Assembly (NCBI GenBank): GCA_038087875.1
Contig: JAXLNO010000120.1
Location: 1-58,119, forward strand
Source: Malacoraja senta
Lineage: Eukaryota
Length of the DNA: 58,119 nucleotides
Direction of reading: 5' to 3'
Under the pieces are notes generated by a model that ran no database searches, was not told the DNA's origin, and saw nothing but the letters and a program-made list of their open reading frames with translations. Of the stretch, positions 11,283 through 24,014 are shown piece by piece. Each line of letters begins with the position of its first letter. Within the stretch, counting starts at the first letter, position 1. The translations under genes and the position numbers were made by a program.

Positions 11283-12229
11283 TTGACTGAACGCACGGTG
11301 AATGTACTGACTGCAGCCTGGAGAGACAGTACGAAGAAACAATATGTTTCCCATATTAGGAAGTGGGAAGAGTACTGTTCGCTAGCCAATATATCATATG
11401 ACTCAGCACACATAACCGATGTGTTAGAGTTTCTCTCCAAACAATTTTTTGAAAAGAATTTAAGTTATAGTGCTATTAACTGTGCCCGAAGTGCACTATC
11501 GGCGTATCTGGGGCCAAGATTGGGACAACAACCTGTTGGGTCACACCCTCTAGTGTCCAGGTTCATGAAGGGCATCTTCAACACTAAACCTCCCAGGCCC
11601 AGATATACGGAAATATGGGATGTAGGTACAGTATTAACTCTGCTCCGCCGGTGGGCGCTGGCAACATCCCTGTCCCTGGCCCAGCTCACATACAAAGTAG
11701 TGATGCTCATGGCGCTGGTGTAAGCGCAACGGGCCCAGTCGTTACACAAGCTCTGACTGGACAGAATGATCTATCTGCCAATAGCATAACGTTCTACTTG
11801 TATGACCTAGTTAAGCAAAGCAGACCAGGTACATCCGGTCTCAAGCTGTGTTTTGCGGCTTACCCCTTGGACATCCAGCCATGTGTGGTAACACACCGAC
11901 AACTTCATATTAAGGTCACTAAAAGCCTCAGGGGCTCGGAACTAGCATTATTTGTTAGTTTTAAGAAACCTCATAATAAGGTTTCAGTTCAGACCATTTC
12001 CAGGTGGCTGAAACAGGTCCTGACATATGCAGGAGTTAATACTGATTATTTTAAATCTCACTCCACCAGGGCAGCATCAACGTCTGCAGCGAGGACAATG
12101 GACGTCCCGCTAGACCATATACTAGCAACCGCAGGATGGTCAGGACAACGTACATTTCAGGCATTTTATAATAAACCTGTCACCAGACCAAGGGCTTTTG
12201 CCAACACCGTTTTAAGTTCTGTTACATAG
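11283..12229 (+). pseudogene. DIRS tyrosine recombinase, disrupted
   Basis: SYSAINCARSALS, HPLVSRFMKG, WDV, FKSHSTRAASTS (H-x-x-R) and AGWS..TF..FYNKP (catalytic Tyr); stop at 11721-11723 plus a frameshift. Remnants FYTFPPF and WPTQPWF of the pol/methyltransferase-like end lie upstream, near 11020-11130. Confidence 0.92.
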
Positions 12230-12863
12230 TTTCCCTGGATGAGAGGATCTACTATTATTATGATTTGTCCATTAAAAACATCAGCATGTTTTCAAACATT
12301 TGTCATGTCTGAATGCACTTATCTCTCATCCTTGGTCAACCTATACAGTTGTGTGGCTTGGACTTGTGTCCATGGCATGAAATCACAGAGCTTCGAAGTC
12401 TTCACGTAGTCACTCACGTGACTCCGAAGTGAAATAGTAAGATTAAACGAGAACTTACCAGTTTGAATTTTGATTATTTTATGAGGAGTTACGATGAGGG
12501 ATTACGTGCCCTCCGCTCCCAATCCTCTCTCATAAAGGTCAGCTCGTAGTTCTAGTTTCTCGAACCTTACTATATTCAGTTCATCAACCGTTATCTGTGA
12601 TTTCACACCGCTGCTTTGAAGATTGACGCGCATGCGGGCTGACGGGTTCTTCACGTAATCCCTCATCGTAACCCCTCATAAAATAAAGATCAAACTTCAA
12701 ACTGGTAGGTTCTCATTTAATCTTACTATTTTTGTAGCCTGAAATTGGTGCATCACATTAATGAGAATTACCAGTAGATGCTGATTTATTTACATGTATA
12801 TGCTAAATCCATTTCATTTATATACCTCTTTTAACCCCTTTCTAACTTTTTTTTCCTTGGCAG

Positions 12864-15800
12864 TGTCACACAACATACAGGCCGACCATTCTTACTGCTT
12901 GTGGACCAGATTCGTGAGAATGGACTTCAATTCACACCAGATGTAAATCACAGAAGAGCTCTGAAGAATGAAATACAGCGTACTTTCCGCCTCAAGAAAA
13001 GGGTGCAACAGATGAAGAAATCAACGAAAAAGGGAACTACAGAAAGCAATGCAATTAGTGACTTGATCGGAGGAGAATTTTTACTAGAACCAGCAAAGTC
13101 TTTCTTTGCGTCACAATTACGGAATGCGTCAGGACGTAGAAGAGCAAGAGGAAGACGATGAAGTTATTCAGACAAGGTACTTGCCTTGTCCCTCTACCAC
13201 CAGAGTCCCCGAGCAGATCAGTTGTGCCAGTGCATGTTCACACTTCCATCAATTTCATCCCTGCGTAGATGGTTGCGTGATGTCGAAGTAAGACTGGGAT
13301 TTCCCCCTGAAACCTTGGAGCTTTTGAAGGACAGAGTAGCAGGCATGACAGAGAGGGATACATTCTGTATCGTCTCCTTTGATGAAATGAGTCTACGTGC
13401 AGGCCTCTCGTACAATATTACTGAAGATACAGTTGAGGGTTTTGAGGACTTTGGATCGCTAGGGAAGACGTCACGGCCTGCCCACCATACTCTTGTTTTC
13501 ATGGTTAGAGGCCTGTTTGGGAAATGGAAACAGCCTGTAGGTTACTTTCTGTGGTGAGACTGCACAAGGGTGGACAAACTGCAAATATTACTCAATGAAT
13601 GCTTACATAAGGTTAAGGCTATTGGACTACAGCCTAAGGCCGTGGTTTGTGACCAAGGCCCAAGCAATGTTCGACTCTACAACAACCTGGGTGTGACAGA
13701 AAATCATCCTTTCTTCATCTACGGAGAAACCAAGATCTTTTGCCTGCATGACCCGCCACACATGCTAAAACACGAGATCAAATTTGGAGAAGTATGTTTT
13801 TGAGGTCATTGGAGAGGATGGCAGAAAGAAACGTATCAAGTGGGCACATATTCACGCATTTTTTGAAATTGAATCACAGTTGCACATTAGAATAGTCCAT
13901 AAACTGACCAGAGGCCACTTTGTCCTGAACAGCTTCTCCAAAATGAGAGTCAACAAAGCAGCGCAGGTGCTCAGCCATTCGGTAGCATCAGGCGTGTAAA
14001 CCTATTCATCTATTGGAAAGTTGCCTGGGGAGGGAGGCTGCTTATACTGCGGAGTTCATTGCAATGATAGACGGACGATTTGATGCATTTAACAGCAGGT
14101 GTCTCAAGGCCAAAACAATTATGAGGAGGCCCATGTCTGAAAACTCTGCGCATTGATCATTCTTTGAATCATGCTTGCCTGTACTGCAAAGATTCAATGT
14201 GCTGGGAGCAAACAATGTATTGTTTGTCAAAGGATGGTGGCTTGCAATTTCTTGTATTTCACAGCTGTGGCAGCACATAAAGGAAAAATACAGGCACTCA
14301 TTTCATGCTCACATCCAGGCTTAATGAGGATGTCGTTGAGAATTTATTCTCCACCATTCGGCGAAAGGGCAGATTCTGAGAAAACCCATCAGTGAAGGAG
14401 TTTCTCTGTGCTTTAGAATGGTCATGGTAGCTGAACTGATAAAGCCAGTTCTGAGTGGCTTTATCAATTCTGAGTGCAACCCGTTCACCTGACCATGCAA
14501 AATTTATCTTGACACTGCAAACACTGACAAAGGACAGAGTCAAGAAACCACCTCCATCTCTCTCCCATACCAATAGGGCACAACAGAACAATGTTGTTTG
14601 CAGCATTTCACTTGATCTCCCTGAAGACAATACACTGGCTTACATCGCAGGTTACATCTCTCGTAGAATCCTCACCTCACATGAACTGACCTCAAAATGT
14701 CACACATGCAGAGAAGTTCTGCTACAACCTGATACCACCTTTGTTGATCCTGCCCTCATATTCATGCACCATAAGGCATATGACACATCGACATCTGACT
14801 TCAGCTCCCTGATGGTGCCTTCTGAATACTTTCTCACGTTCTGTGGGGTGTGCGAGAAAGTGTTCTGCACAGAATTTGACAATGTTAACATGAGCAGGAA
14901 CAACATTTCCCATCTAATAAATACAGCAATACACAATACTCAGGAATACAAGGACATGAACTTGTACTGCCAGAGTCAAGGCACGAATTGTAGCAATCTT
15001 TGTAAGTGTTCACATACGTTATGGACTCAAATTTAAGAATAGAAACCTGCAGGACTTTTTTTTTTTTTAAACATTTTTAATTTTTATTTATTAGAAGTAC
15101 ATTACATTACAACCACATACATTAATACTCGTCATTTATATCTTCTTACAATTAATGTACTCCCTTTATTTATTTTTTTACACTAGAAAAGCAAAAGATT
15201 GAAAGAAAGAAGAAAGTGAAGGAAAAAGTGAAAGTGTAGAAAAGTGTAGAAAATGTAACAACAAAAAGGGACGAAGACCCTATAAGAGCGAAATTAAAAA
15301 CAAAAGAAAAAGAGTTAAGAAATAGGCCCTAGGAAAAAAAAGAGAAAGAGAGAGAGGAAAAAAAAAGAAAAAAAAATTTTTTTTTGAGCATTACGTAAAT
15401 AGGACATACCAACTCTTCAACTATCATCCCCCTTACCTGACCTCAATTTTTTATTTTTTTTAAAGTACTTTTGCACCCTATGTTTGTAATAATTCTATAA
15501 ATGCAGACCACGTCAGGTGGAAGTGATCTGGTTTACCTGCTAGGAGGAGTCTTATCTCTTCTAGGTGTAATGTTTCAAACATATTTGAAATCCACATATT
15601 TATAGTTGGTATTGGAGCCTTCTTCCAAAATTTTAGAATTAGCTTTTTTCCAGTTATTAACCCATAGTCCATTAATTTCTTTTGAAACACATTTAGTTCT
15701 GGATCATCTTCCGTTATTCCGAAGATAATCCATTCTGCTTTGGGTATCAGTCTTGTTTTAAATAACTTTGTAAAGATTTCAAAAATTTCATTCCAAAATT

Positions 15801-17733
15801 TTTGAATTTTTGTACAGAAGACGAATGAGTGCGCTATAGTAGCTTCTTGGGATTGACATTTATCACAAATAGATGATACATTTGGGAAAATTTTATGAAT
15901 TTTAGTTTTCGAATAATATAATCTATGTAAAATTTTAAATTGTATTAAAGTGTGTCTTACATTAATCGAACATTTATGCACGTTTAATAAGTATTCATTC
16001 CAACTTTCCTTTGAAATTTTAATAGCTAACTCTTGTTCCCAGTCTCTTCTGATACCCTCCGTAGGTGGTATTTGTACATTTAAAATAATATTATACAAAT
16101 ATGATATTAAGTTTGCTGATTCCGCTTTTATCTGCATTGCCTCGTCCAATACATCTACTGGGTTATTATAATAATCTTTTGTATATTTTTTCAAATAGTC
16201 GCATATTTGAAAATATTTAAAATATTGATTATTTCCGAGTTTATATTTTATTTGTAATTGTTGAAATGAAAGTAATTTTCCAGTTTCATACAAGTCACCA
16301 AGCGTTTTAATTCCTAGTCTATCCCATTGTGTATAAGCTTTATCTATAATAGAAGGACTAAACGAAGGGTTATTGACTATAGGTAATAAAAGTGATAAAT
16401 TTCTTAATTTTAAATTTTGTTTTATTTGTTTCCAAATTCGGATTGTACTATGAATAATTGGGTTCTTATTATAATTTATGTTATTCAGTTTCATTGGAGA
16501 GAGGAGGATCGCTCCAATGTTTCTAGAGGAGCAATCCTCTTTCTCCATTACAATCCAGTCTACTTGCTGGGCGGAGTTATCCATCAGTTGAATCATGTTT
16601 TTAATATTTACTGACCAATAATAATACATAAAATTAGGTAGTGCTAAACCCCCCAATACTTTAGGTTTATTCAGATGAGTTTTTTGTATTCTATGTCATT
16701 TATAGTCCCATATAAAATTAGTGATATCTGAGTCGAGTTTTTTAAAAAACTTCTTAGGTAAGTATATAGGAATTGATTGAAATAGGTATAAAATTTGTGG
16801 TAAAAAGATCATTTTTATTGCATTTATTCGGCCTATTAAAGACATCGGGAGCGTTTTCCAGAATTTAATTAGTGTATTTAATTTATTAAGTAGGGGGTCA
16901 AAATTTGCCCTGAACATACCTTGATATGATCTGGTAATTTCAATTCCCAAATATTTAAAATTTTCTGTAGCTATTTTAAAAGGGAATTTTAAAAGATGTG
17001 TTGAATCTTTCGGTTTTATTGACATAATTTCACTTTTATTCCAATTTATTCTATATCCAGAAAAAGATCCAAAGTCTTCAATTAAATTTAATATATTTGG
17101 TATAGTGATTTGAGGTTTTGTAATATACAGTAATATATCATCCGCGTATAAAGATATTTTATTATATGAGTCTTTAGTATTATATCCATGAATATCAGGG
17201 TGTATTCTAATTTTTTCTGCTAGCGGTTCAATAATGAGAGCAAACAGCTGTGGTGATAATGAGCATCCTTGTCTATTTCCCCTTGATAGTTGAAATTTCG
17301 AGGATAATATGTTATTAGTTAGTATTCTAGCTGTAGGTTTGTTATATAGTAACTTAATCCATAAAATAAAATTCACTCCCAGTTGAAATTTTTGTAATAC
17401 TTTGTCCATATAATTCCATTCTACTTGATCAAATGCTTTTTCAGCATCCAGCGAAATAATTGATAATTCTTGATCTTCAGATTTGTGTGAGTGCATTATG
17501 TTGAGTAGACGTCTCATATTATTAGAAGAGTATCTCTTAGGGATAAACCCTGTCTGATCTGGGTTTATTAATTTACTAATGTATTTACTTAATCTTCTAG
17601 CTAATGTTTTCGCTAATATTTTTTGATCTGTGTTTAACAATGCTATAGCTCTATATGAACCAGGTTCAGAAACCTGCAGGACTTGACCATTAAAAGGAAG
17701 TGTAGGAAAGTTCAAAAAGTAGCACATAAGTAA
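12864..17733 (+). pseudogene. P-element/THAP9-like transposase catalytic exon (12864-15057 joined to 17685-17733; split by L1)
   Basis: Acceptor ttttccttggcag at 12863; DHSY (12884-12895); SFDEMSL (about 13378), CDQG (about 13648), HDPPHMLK (about 13747), KMRV..AAQVLSHSVA, SRLNEDVVENLFSTIR (about 14317), YIAGY and CxxC. Removing the L1 restores ...KNRNLQDLTIKRKCRKVQKVAHK*. Many stops and frameshifts. Confidence 0.92.
15056..17667 (-). mobile_element. 5'-truncated L1 (Tx1/L1 clade) with poly(A) tail and 17-bp TSD
   Basis: TSD agaaacctgcaggactt at 15041-15057 and 17668-17684; poly(T) from 15056; ORF2 motifs SLDAEKAFDQV, RQGCSLSP, LYADD and C-terminal CCHC; single in-frame TGA at 16696-16698. 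Confidence 0.97.
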
Positions 17734-18050
17734 AGTACATGATGTTGTTGAATTATATATTGATGAAATACACTCATTTATGTACATAGTGTGAAATTGT
17801 GATTTGTTAACGGCACAAAACAATGCAAATGGCGATTTATTTATTATTGTATCTACGTTGGACATTTTGCCCTTTGGTGTAAGCAGGGGTGGGGCTATCA
17901 TTGTGTTACATACGTTGAATTGTACATCACTTTCATTGGTTAGCTGATATGCTGAACACTGTAACCCTGTATATCTCGCGCACAGAATAATGTGAATTAT
18001 GTAAATCTTACCATGCATGTCAGAAATGAAATGTGTTAACCATGTTTTGG

Positions 18051-18603
18051 TCAGTTTTGGTCTCCAAATCTGAGGAAGGACATTATTGCCATAGAGGGAG
18101 TGCAGAGAAGGTTCACCAGACTGATTCCTGGGATGTCAGGACTTTCATATGAAGAAAGACTGGATAGACTTGGTTTATACTCGCTAGAATTTAGGAGATT
18201 GAGAGGGGATCTTATAGAAACGTACAAAATTCTTATGGGGTTGGACAGGCTAGATGCAGGAAGATTGTTCCCGATGTTGGGGAAGTCCAGGACAAGGGGT
18301 CACAGCTTAAGGATAAGGGGGAAATCCTTTAAGACCGAGATGAGGAAAAACTTTTTCACACAGAGAGTGGTGAATCTCTGGAACTCTCTGCCACAGAGGG
18401 TAGTTGAGGCCAGTTCATTGGCAATATTTAAGAGGGAGTTAGATGTGGCCCTTGTGGCTAAAGGGATCAGGGGGTATGGAGAGAAGGCAGGTACGGGATA
18501 CTGAGTTGGATGATCAGCCATGATCATATTGAATGGCGGTGCAGGCTCGAAGGGCCGAATGGCCTACTCATGCACCTATTTTCTATGTATCTATGTATCT
18601 ATG
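18051..18603 (+). mobile_element. Young CR1 3' fragment
   Basis: Open RT C-terminus 18100-18504 almost identical to the copies at 47.6 and 51.3 kb; (ctatgtat)n tail. Confidence 0.95.
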
Positions 18604-19289
18604 TTAATGGATTTCTATTATAATTATTTAAAATTGAGTGGGTTGGTGCAATATTGGGGTAATATACTGCTAATGTGTCGTTATCAGATATTCAGCTTTA
18701 AAAAGAGAAATAAATCACAGTAAAAGGGAAAAGATGCCTATGTTCCTTCCACAGCGTGTGGGGAGTCTGGCCCGGATCAGCACGGCTGGGACACCAGGGT
18801 GAAGTTACGGGGAGGTTTACAATGTGTTTTTAATTTAATGTTGTCTCTTATCTAGTCCGAAATAAAGTTTATGATTAAAATTAGAAATCTGGAGAAATAT
18901 ATATGTGTGTTATATGATTATATACATTTATATCACATTCATATATATGTGTGTGTATGTGTATCTAATCAGTTGTATGCTCGCTGAATAAAACCATCCT
19001 TAAGTTATACATCATTTGTAAATCTGGTTCAAAACAAATTATATTTTGTGAAAGACTTCATTCAGATAACCCCACCATAACAGACAGATCTCATTCCACT
19101 CTCTGGCTATTGGGAAGACCAGACCCATTTTATTGTTGAGAAACAACTCCATAGACACAAAAAACATGAAGGTGTAGCGGCACCTGCTGGCGTACGCAGA
19201 GATCGAACCCGGCGTTCGGAAGCCGCGGTCACGTGACTCGGGAGCGGCCGCTTGTTTTACGCGGTTTTCACTTGCACGCGTTAGTTCAG

Positions 19290-19678
19290 CGCTGACCGTT
19301 GCGGTCCGGATCCGCCCCCACTTCTACTCCCAGAGCGGGGCCAAGAAAATTGAAGATAGACACAAAATGCTGGAGTAACTCAGCGGGACCGGCAGCAACT
19401 CTGGAGAGAAGCAATGGGTGATGTTTCGGGTCAAGACCCTTCTTTCAGAATGAACAAGAGTCTCGAACAGAAACGTCACGCATTTCTTCTCTCCAGAGAT
19501 GCTGCCGGTCCAACTGACTTACTCCAGCTTTGTGTCCATCTTCAAATAACGTCACGCGCTCCAGACGGCTGTACGTACGCATGTAATCGCGCACGACCTT
19601 CGCTCGACCGTCTCGGCTCAACGCGGCAACGAGGTCGCGTAATTTGCGTGCCAAGGACACGTAAGTGGAACAGGCCCT
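19290..19678 (-). mobile_element. PIF/Harbinger-like MITE (partial) carrying an internal fold-back element (19351-19545)
   Basis: TIR aagtggaacaggccct at the right end; body collinear in inverted orientation with 34412-34775. Confidence 0.75.
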
Positions 19679-22085
19679 TAAATCTAAACAGCCCTCAGTA
19701 AAGGCACCACACATAATCCTCATAATCAACACTAAACACTGAAGGCAACCATTGATGGTGACATGAATCTTTGTTCACCAAAATCAAAGCATCATCAACT
19801 GTCACAAAACAAGATGGAGAAAAGCAAAAGATTGCAGTTGCTTCAAATCGTGCAAATACAAGCATTTGGAATATCCATTTCCTGACATGTAATTCACAAC
19901 AGGCAATTGCCCAGGGCCCAGCACGTTCATCATTCATAGGGGCAGAATCAGGCCATTCGGCCCATCAAATACCACTCCGCCATTCAATAATGGCTGAACT
20001 ACCTTTCTCCCAACCCATTCTCCCCTCTAGATAGAGTAACAGCATAGCAGTGAATAAAGGAACAGAAGGGAAAGGACACAATGTGTTGGAGAAACTCAGT
20101 CTGAACTGAAGAAGGATCCCAACCCAAAACAACTGCTCATGTGCTCCAGAGATGCTGCCTGGCCTGCTGGTTTACTCCAGCACTTTGTCCCCTTTAGTGG
20201 ATTAACCAGCATCTACAGTTTCTTGTTTCTACAAAGGAACAGAAACAATTGATTCATGGTCAACTATAAAAGTCAGAGAACAGCACAAATTCAACGTTTC
20301 CCAAAATGGGTGAACTACTTGAAGCCCTGTGTAGACAGAAAGTCAACGGCTTGTTTCACACAAATACAGGGAACCACAGTCATGCCACTGAAAACAAGCA
20401 GTGTGGATAGTTATACTTCTTCAGATAGATAAACTGTCAAGCACACCAGTGTTGCTTTCAGCAATCCAATCCTTGTGATGAGATTGTTTTCACTCTTTTC
20501 AAAGAATTCATTCAAAGAAGTCCTACAGTTCCAGCTTACAGTTAAATACAAGCAAAACTTTGCAACAGAACACACCTGAACTGCACCAGACCACAGATTT
20601 CCCCCTCTTTTCATTTGATTAAATTTCAAAATTCCAATGAGCATCTTAAGAATTTTTAGATGCACATCTCTGCAAAAGCAAGAGTCATCTGTGAGCAACT
20701 TGTAAACTGAACATGAGCCATCCTGTTTTTCCTGTCTTTCCCCTCCATCAGCCAGCTGCTGTCTCGTGTTGAATCCACAAAGGCTTGATTCATCCTTATG
20801 ATTACTCTTGTACTTTGCACCACCACTTCCCGCCCATCGCCCCAACCCCCGGCCCAATGATACAGTCAGGGACTGGCAATGGCAGAATTCTGCCCACCCT
20901 CCAGAGCAAGTCATCCCACCCCACGGACTTCTTCCCAATACACACCAATAGCACAGTGCCCACCCTCCTGTCTCCGGTCCCAAAACATGCGGGCAAAGGT
21001 TTAGTTACCGGGGCAGAGCCCGATTGATAAAGCAATCACTCCCTAGGCCCAAGATAGACAAAAAAAGCTGGAGTAACTCAGCGGGTCAGACAACATCTCT
21101 GGAAACAGGATTGAGGTCGAGACCCTTCTTCAGATTGAGACAGCGGAAAGGGCTCCAATTTACAGTTAAATGCAAGCTAAACTTTGCATCATTACTACAT
21201 CTCTAGTGGACACCGGAACTGCACCAAACCACAGAAATTACCCCATTTCTTTACCCACTTTGATAACATTTCCAAATTCTAATCAGTACTGAAAAATGAT
21301 TAGACGCGTGACTGAGTAGGCTAGAAGCATCTCAGAGCAACTTGTAAACTGAACACTGGCCATCCTGTTAAAAGATTATATTCACAAAACTTTCCTCACC
21401 TGGCCTTGTGATTCCCTTCCATCAGCCAGTTGCTGTCTTTCCGTCTCGGATGTAAACCTGGCTTGTGATGAATCCACAAAGACTGCCTTTATCAACACCT
21501 CTTCCACTTGCACCGCCCACCCCTCGCCCATCACCCCAACTCCACCCACCCACCCTCCAGAGCCAGTCTCCCACCCCACTGACTTCTTCCCAATACACAG
21601 CCGGCCCCTCGTCTCTGGTCCCAAAACATTTGAACAAGAATGTTGTTGGTCTCCAGATTGACAAAGCAATCACTAGGCCCACTCATGTCAACGAGTTAAA
21701 TTGAACCGTGCCCAGCCGGAGTCCTACGTTACTGGTGATGTTTACAGAATACAAACTGTAGTTCACCTGCAATTTACTTTCTCTTCAGATTTCCCGCCAA
21801 CTCATCGTGTCATTCACAGTGCCAGGAATTGTCATTTTGAATAATTTGCTGAAGATTTTTTAAATATTTTGTCAGACCTGGAATCGCAGTTGCATCTTTG
21901 GGTCCAAATCCTAGCGGCAACTCATCTTTTCCTTTTAAAATGTACATTGTTGAAATTAATAATTACACCATTCACTCCACCACCCTCCCAACGCACACAC
22001 AAACCAAATATTTAACACTAATTTGTATTGGTCATAGATAGTTGCCTGAATCTTTGTTCAGCAAAAATCTATCCATCATTAACTG

Positions 22086-23745
22086 CCAGTCTGAGCGGCG
22101 GACAGGTCTGTGAGTCAATAAGTGGCATTGAAACAAAGCCGAAGAGACAGACATCAGGCAGAGCCGTGGTTGTCGGGGACTCCATCGTGAGAGGTACAGA
22201 CAGGGGTTTCTGCAGCAACAGGCGGGATTCAAAGATGGTGTGTTGCCTCCCTGTTGCCAGGATCCAGGACGTCACGGACCAATTACAGGGCATCCTCAAG
22301 GGTGAAGGTGAGCAGCCGGAAGTGGTCGTGCATGTCGGCACAAATGATGTCGGGAAGAGGAAAGAGATTCTGCAGCGTGACTTTACAGAGCTCGGAAGAA
22401 GGCTGAAAAGCAGGACCTCCAGGGTGGTTATCTCCGGTTTGCTTCCAGTTCCTCGTGCTGGAGAGGGCAGGAACAGGGAGATAGGGGATCTGAATGTGTG
22501 GCTGAGGAGCTGGTGCAGGGGGCAGGGATTTGTATTCTTAGCCCATGGGATCTGTTTTGGGGTAAAGGTGAACTGTACAAAAGGGACGGGTTACACCTTA
22601 ACTGGCGGGGGACCAGCATTGTGGCAGGCAGGTTTGCAACTGCTACACGGGGGGTTTAAGGTAAATAGTGGGGGGGGGGACAAATTGGAAATACAAGGAT
22701 GGAGTTAAAGGGAAAGAGAGTATAGGAAATGTTAAGAAAGACCCCAGAATTATTATTATTATTAATATTTTTTTATTATTAATACTTTTGTTAGAAGCAA
22801 TGTACAGTAGTATAAACCGTGTATAATATAATACATTTCGTGTACAACTTCTTGTTTTTAATTTAATAATAGAGAAGTAACAGAAGCAAGAAAGAAAGGG
22901 AAAGAGAAAGTTAAGTAAAGTAGTGATATTGATAGTTCGTGAAAGAATAGAAAGAAAGAGCCCGTGAAGATATAAAGAGAAAAAAAAGAAAAAAAGGGGA
23001 TATACCTGCTTCATATCTTTCCACACCCCTCACCCAGTTCTGAAACAATTAATTTCCAGGGTTATGTTGCACCATACACTTGTAATGTTGATAAAAGGAG
23101 ACCAAATCTTTAAGAATTGGTCTGATTTACCTGCTAGGACGAATCTCATATCTTCGAGATGTAACATTTCAGACATGCTTGAAATCCACATTTTAAGCGT
23201 TGAGGTGGGTGCATTTTTCCAGAATTTGAGTATAGGTTTTTTGCCATTATCTAGCCATAGTTTAGAAGACAGTTTTGGAACGAAGTCAGCTCAGAGCCGG
23301 CTTCCATTGTTCCAAAAATAATCAATTCTGTGTTGGGGTACAATTGTATTTTAAATAATTTTGTGAAAATTTCAAACATTTATTTCCAAAATTTGTGGAG
23401 TTTTATGCATGGAAGTGTGCTATAGTTGCATCTTGAGATAAGCATTTATCACAGATGGGAGAGACATTTGGAAACCTTTTATTCAGATTAGTTTTGAGTA
23501 ATATAGTCTATGTAAAATTTTAAATTCAATTAAGGTATGTCTTACATTAATCGAACCTTTGTGTACGTATGACAAATATTTATCCCATCTGTCTTTCGAA
23601 ATTGTTATAGATAGTTCTTGTTCCCACTCTCTTCTAATTGCATCTGACGATGGTATTTGTATATAAACACCAGAATTAATGGGACAGAAAGCTCACAAAG
23701 GGATAGGAGAGTATGGCCAAGTGAAATAGGGATCGATGTGAAAGA
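22086..23745 (+). mobile_element. CR1 ORF1 (esterase) fragment, split by an L1
   Basis: VVGDSIVRGTDRGFC..VHVGTND at 22165-22350; the CR1 resumes at 23667-23745 after the L1. Confidence 0.9.
22753..23666 (-). mobile_element. Degenerate L1 3' fragment
   Basis: Homologous to the ORF2 C-terminus and 3' UTR of the L1 at 35.4-36.5 kb; imperfect TSD ac(c/a)ccagaatta at 22741-22752 and 23667-23678. Confidence 0.85.
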
Positions 23746-24014
23746 TGAAAAGCATTCTGCCAACACACAGCTAAACCAAATATTTAACACTAATTTGTAT
23801 TGGTCATTCATGGTGACCTGACTCTTTGTTCAACAAATCTAACCATCATTAACTGATTACAGATCAAGTTGGAGGAAAGCAAAGAATTGCAGTCTGGCAA
23901 ACCCGAGCTTTTGGAATGGCTTCTTACTGACAAGTGATTCATACTGTTGCTCCCAGGCAATTGCCCAATCCCCGGCCTCTGTCCTGCACCATCCCCCCAG
24001 CCACAGATGTTAAT

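Larger units (their letters stand above)
9026..12731 (+). mobile_element. DIRS1-type tyrosine-recombinase retrotransposon, RT/RNaseH largely deleted
   Basis: TTT at both termini; ITR cgtgaagaacccgccagcccgcatgcg (about 9054-9080) vs cgcatgcgggctgacgggttcttcacg (about 12629-12655); ICR 12399-12508 is complementary to both outer ends and joined at AAA 12432-12434. Confidence 0.95.

Noticed and set aside
11283..12229. Phage integrase or bacterial contamination
   Set aside because: The recombinase lies within ITR/ICR-defined DIRS ends, nested in vertebrate repeats.
16696..18018. 440-aa ORF as a novel fusion protein
   Set aside because: Chance read-through from the antisense transposase 3' region into the truncated L1 ORF2; the junction coincides with the TSD at 17668.
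21366..21399. GT-AG mini-intron in block Z (also near 26759-26791)
   Set aside because: Only about 33-35 nt, below normal vertebrate intron size.
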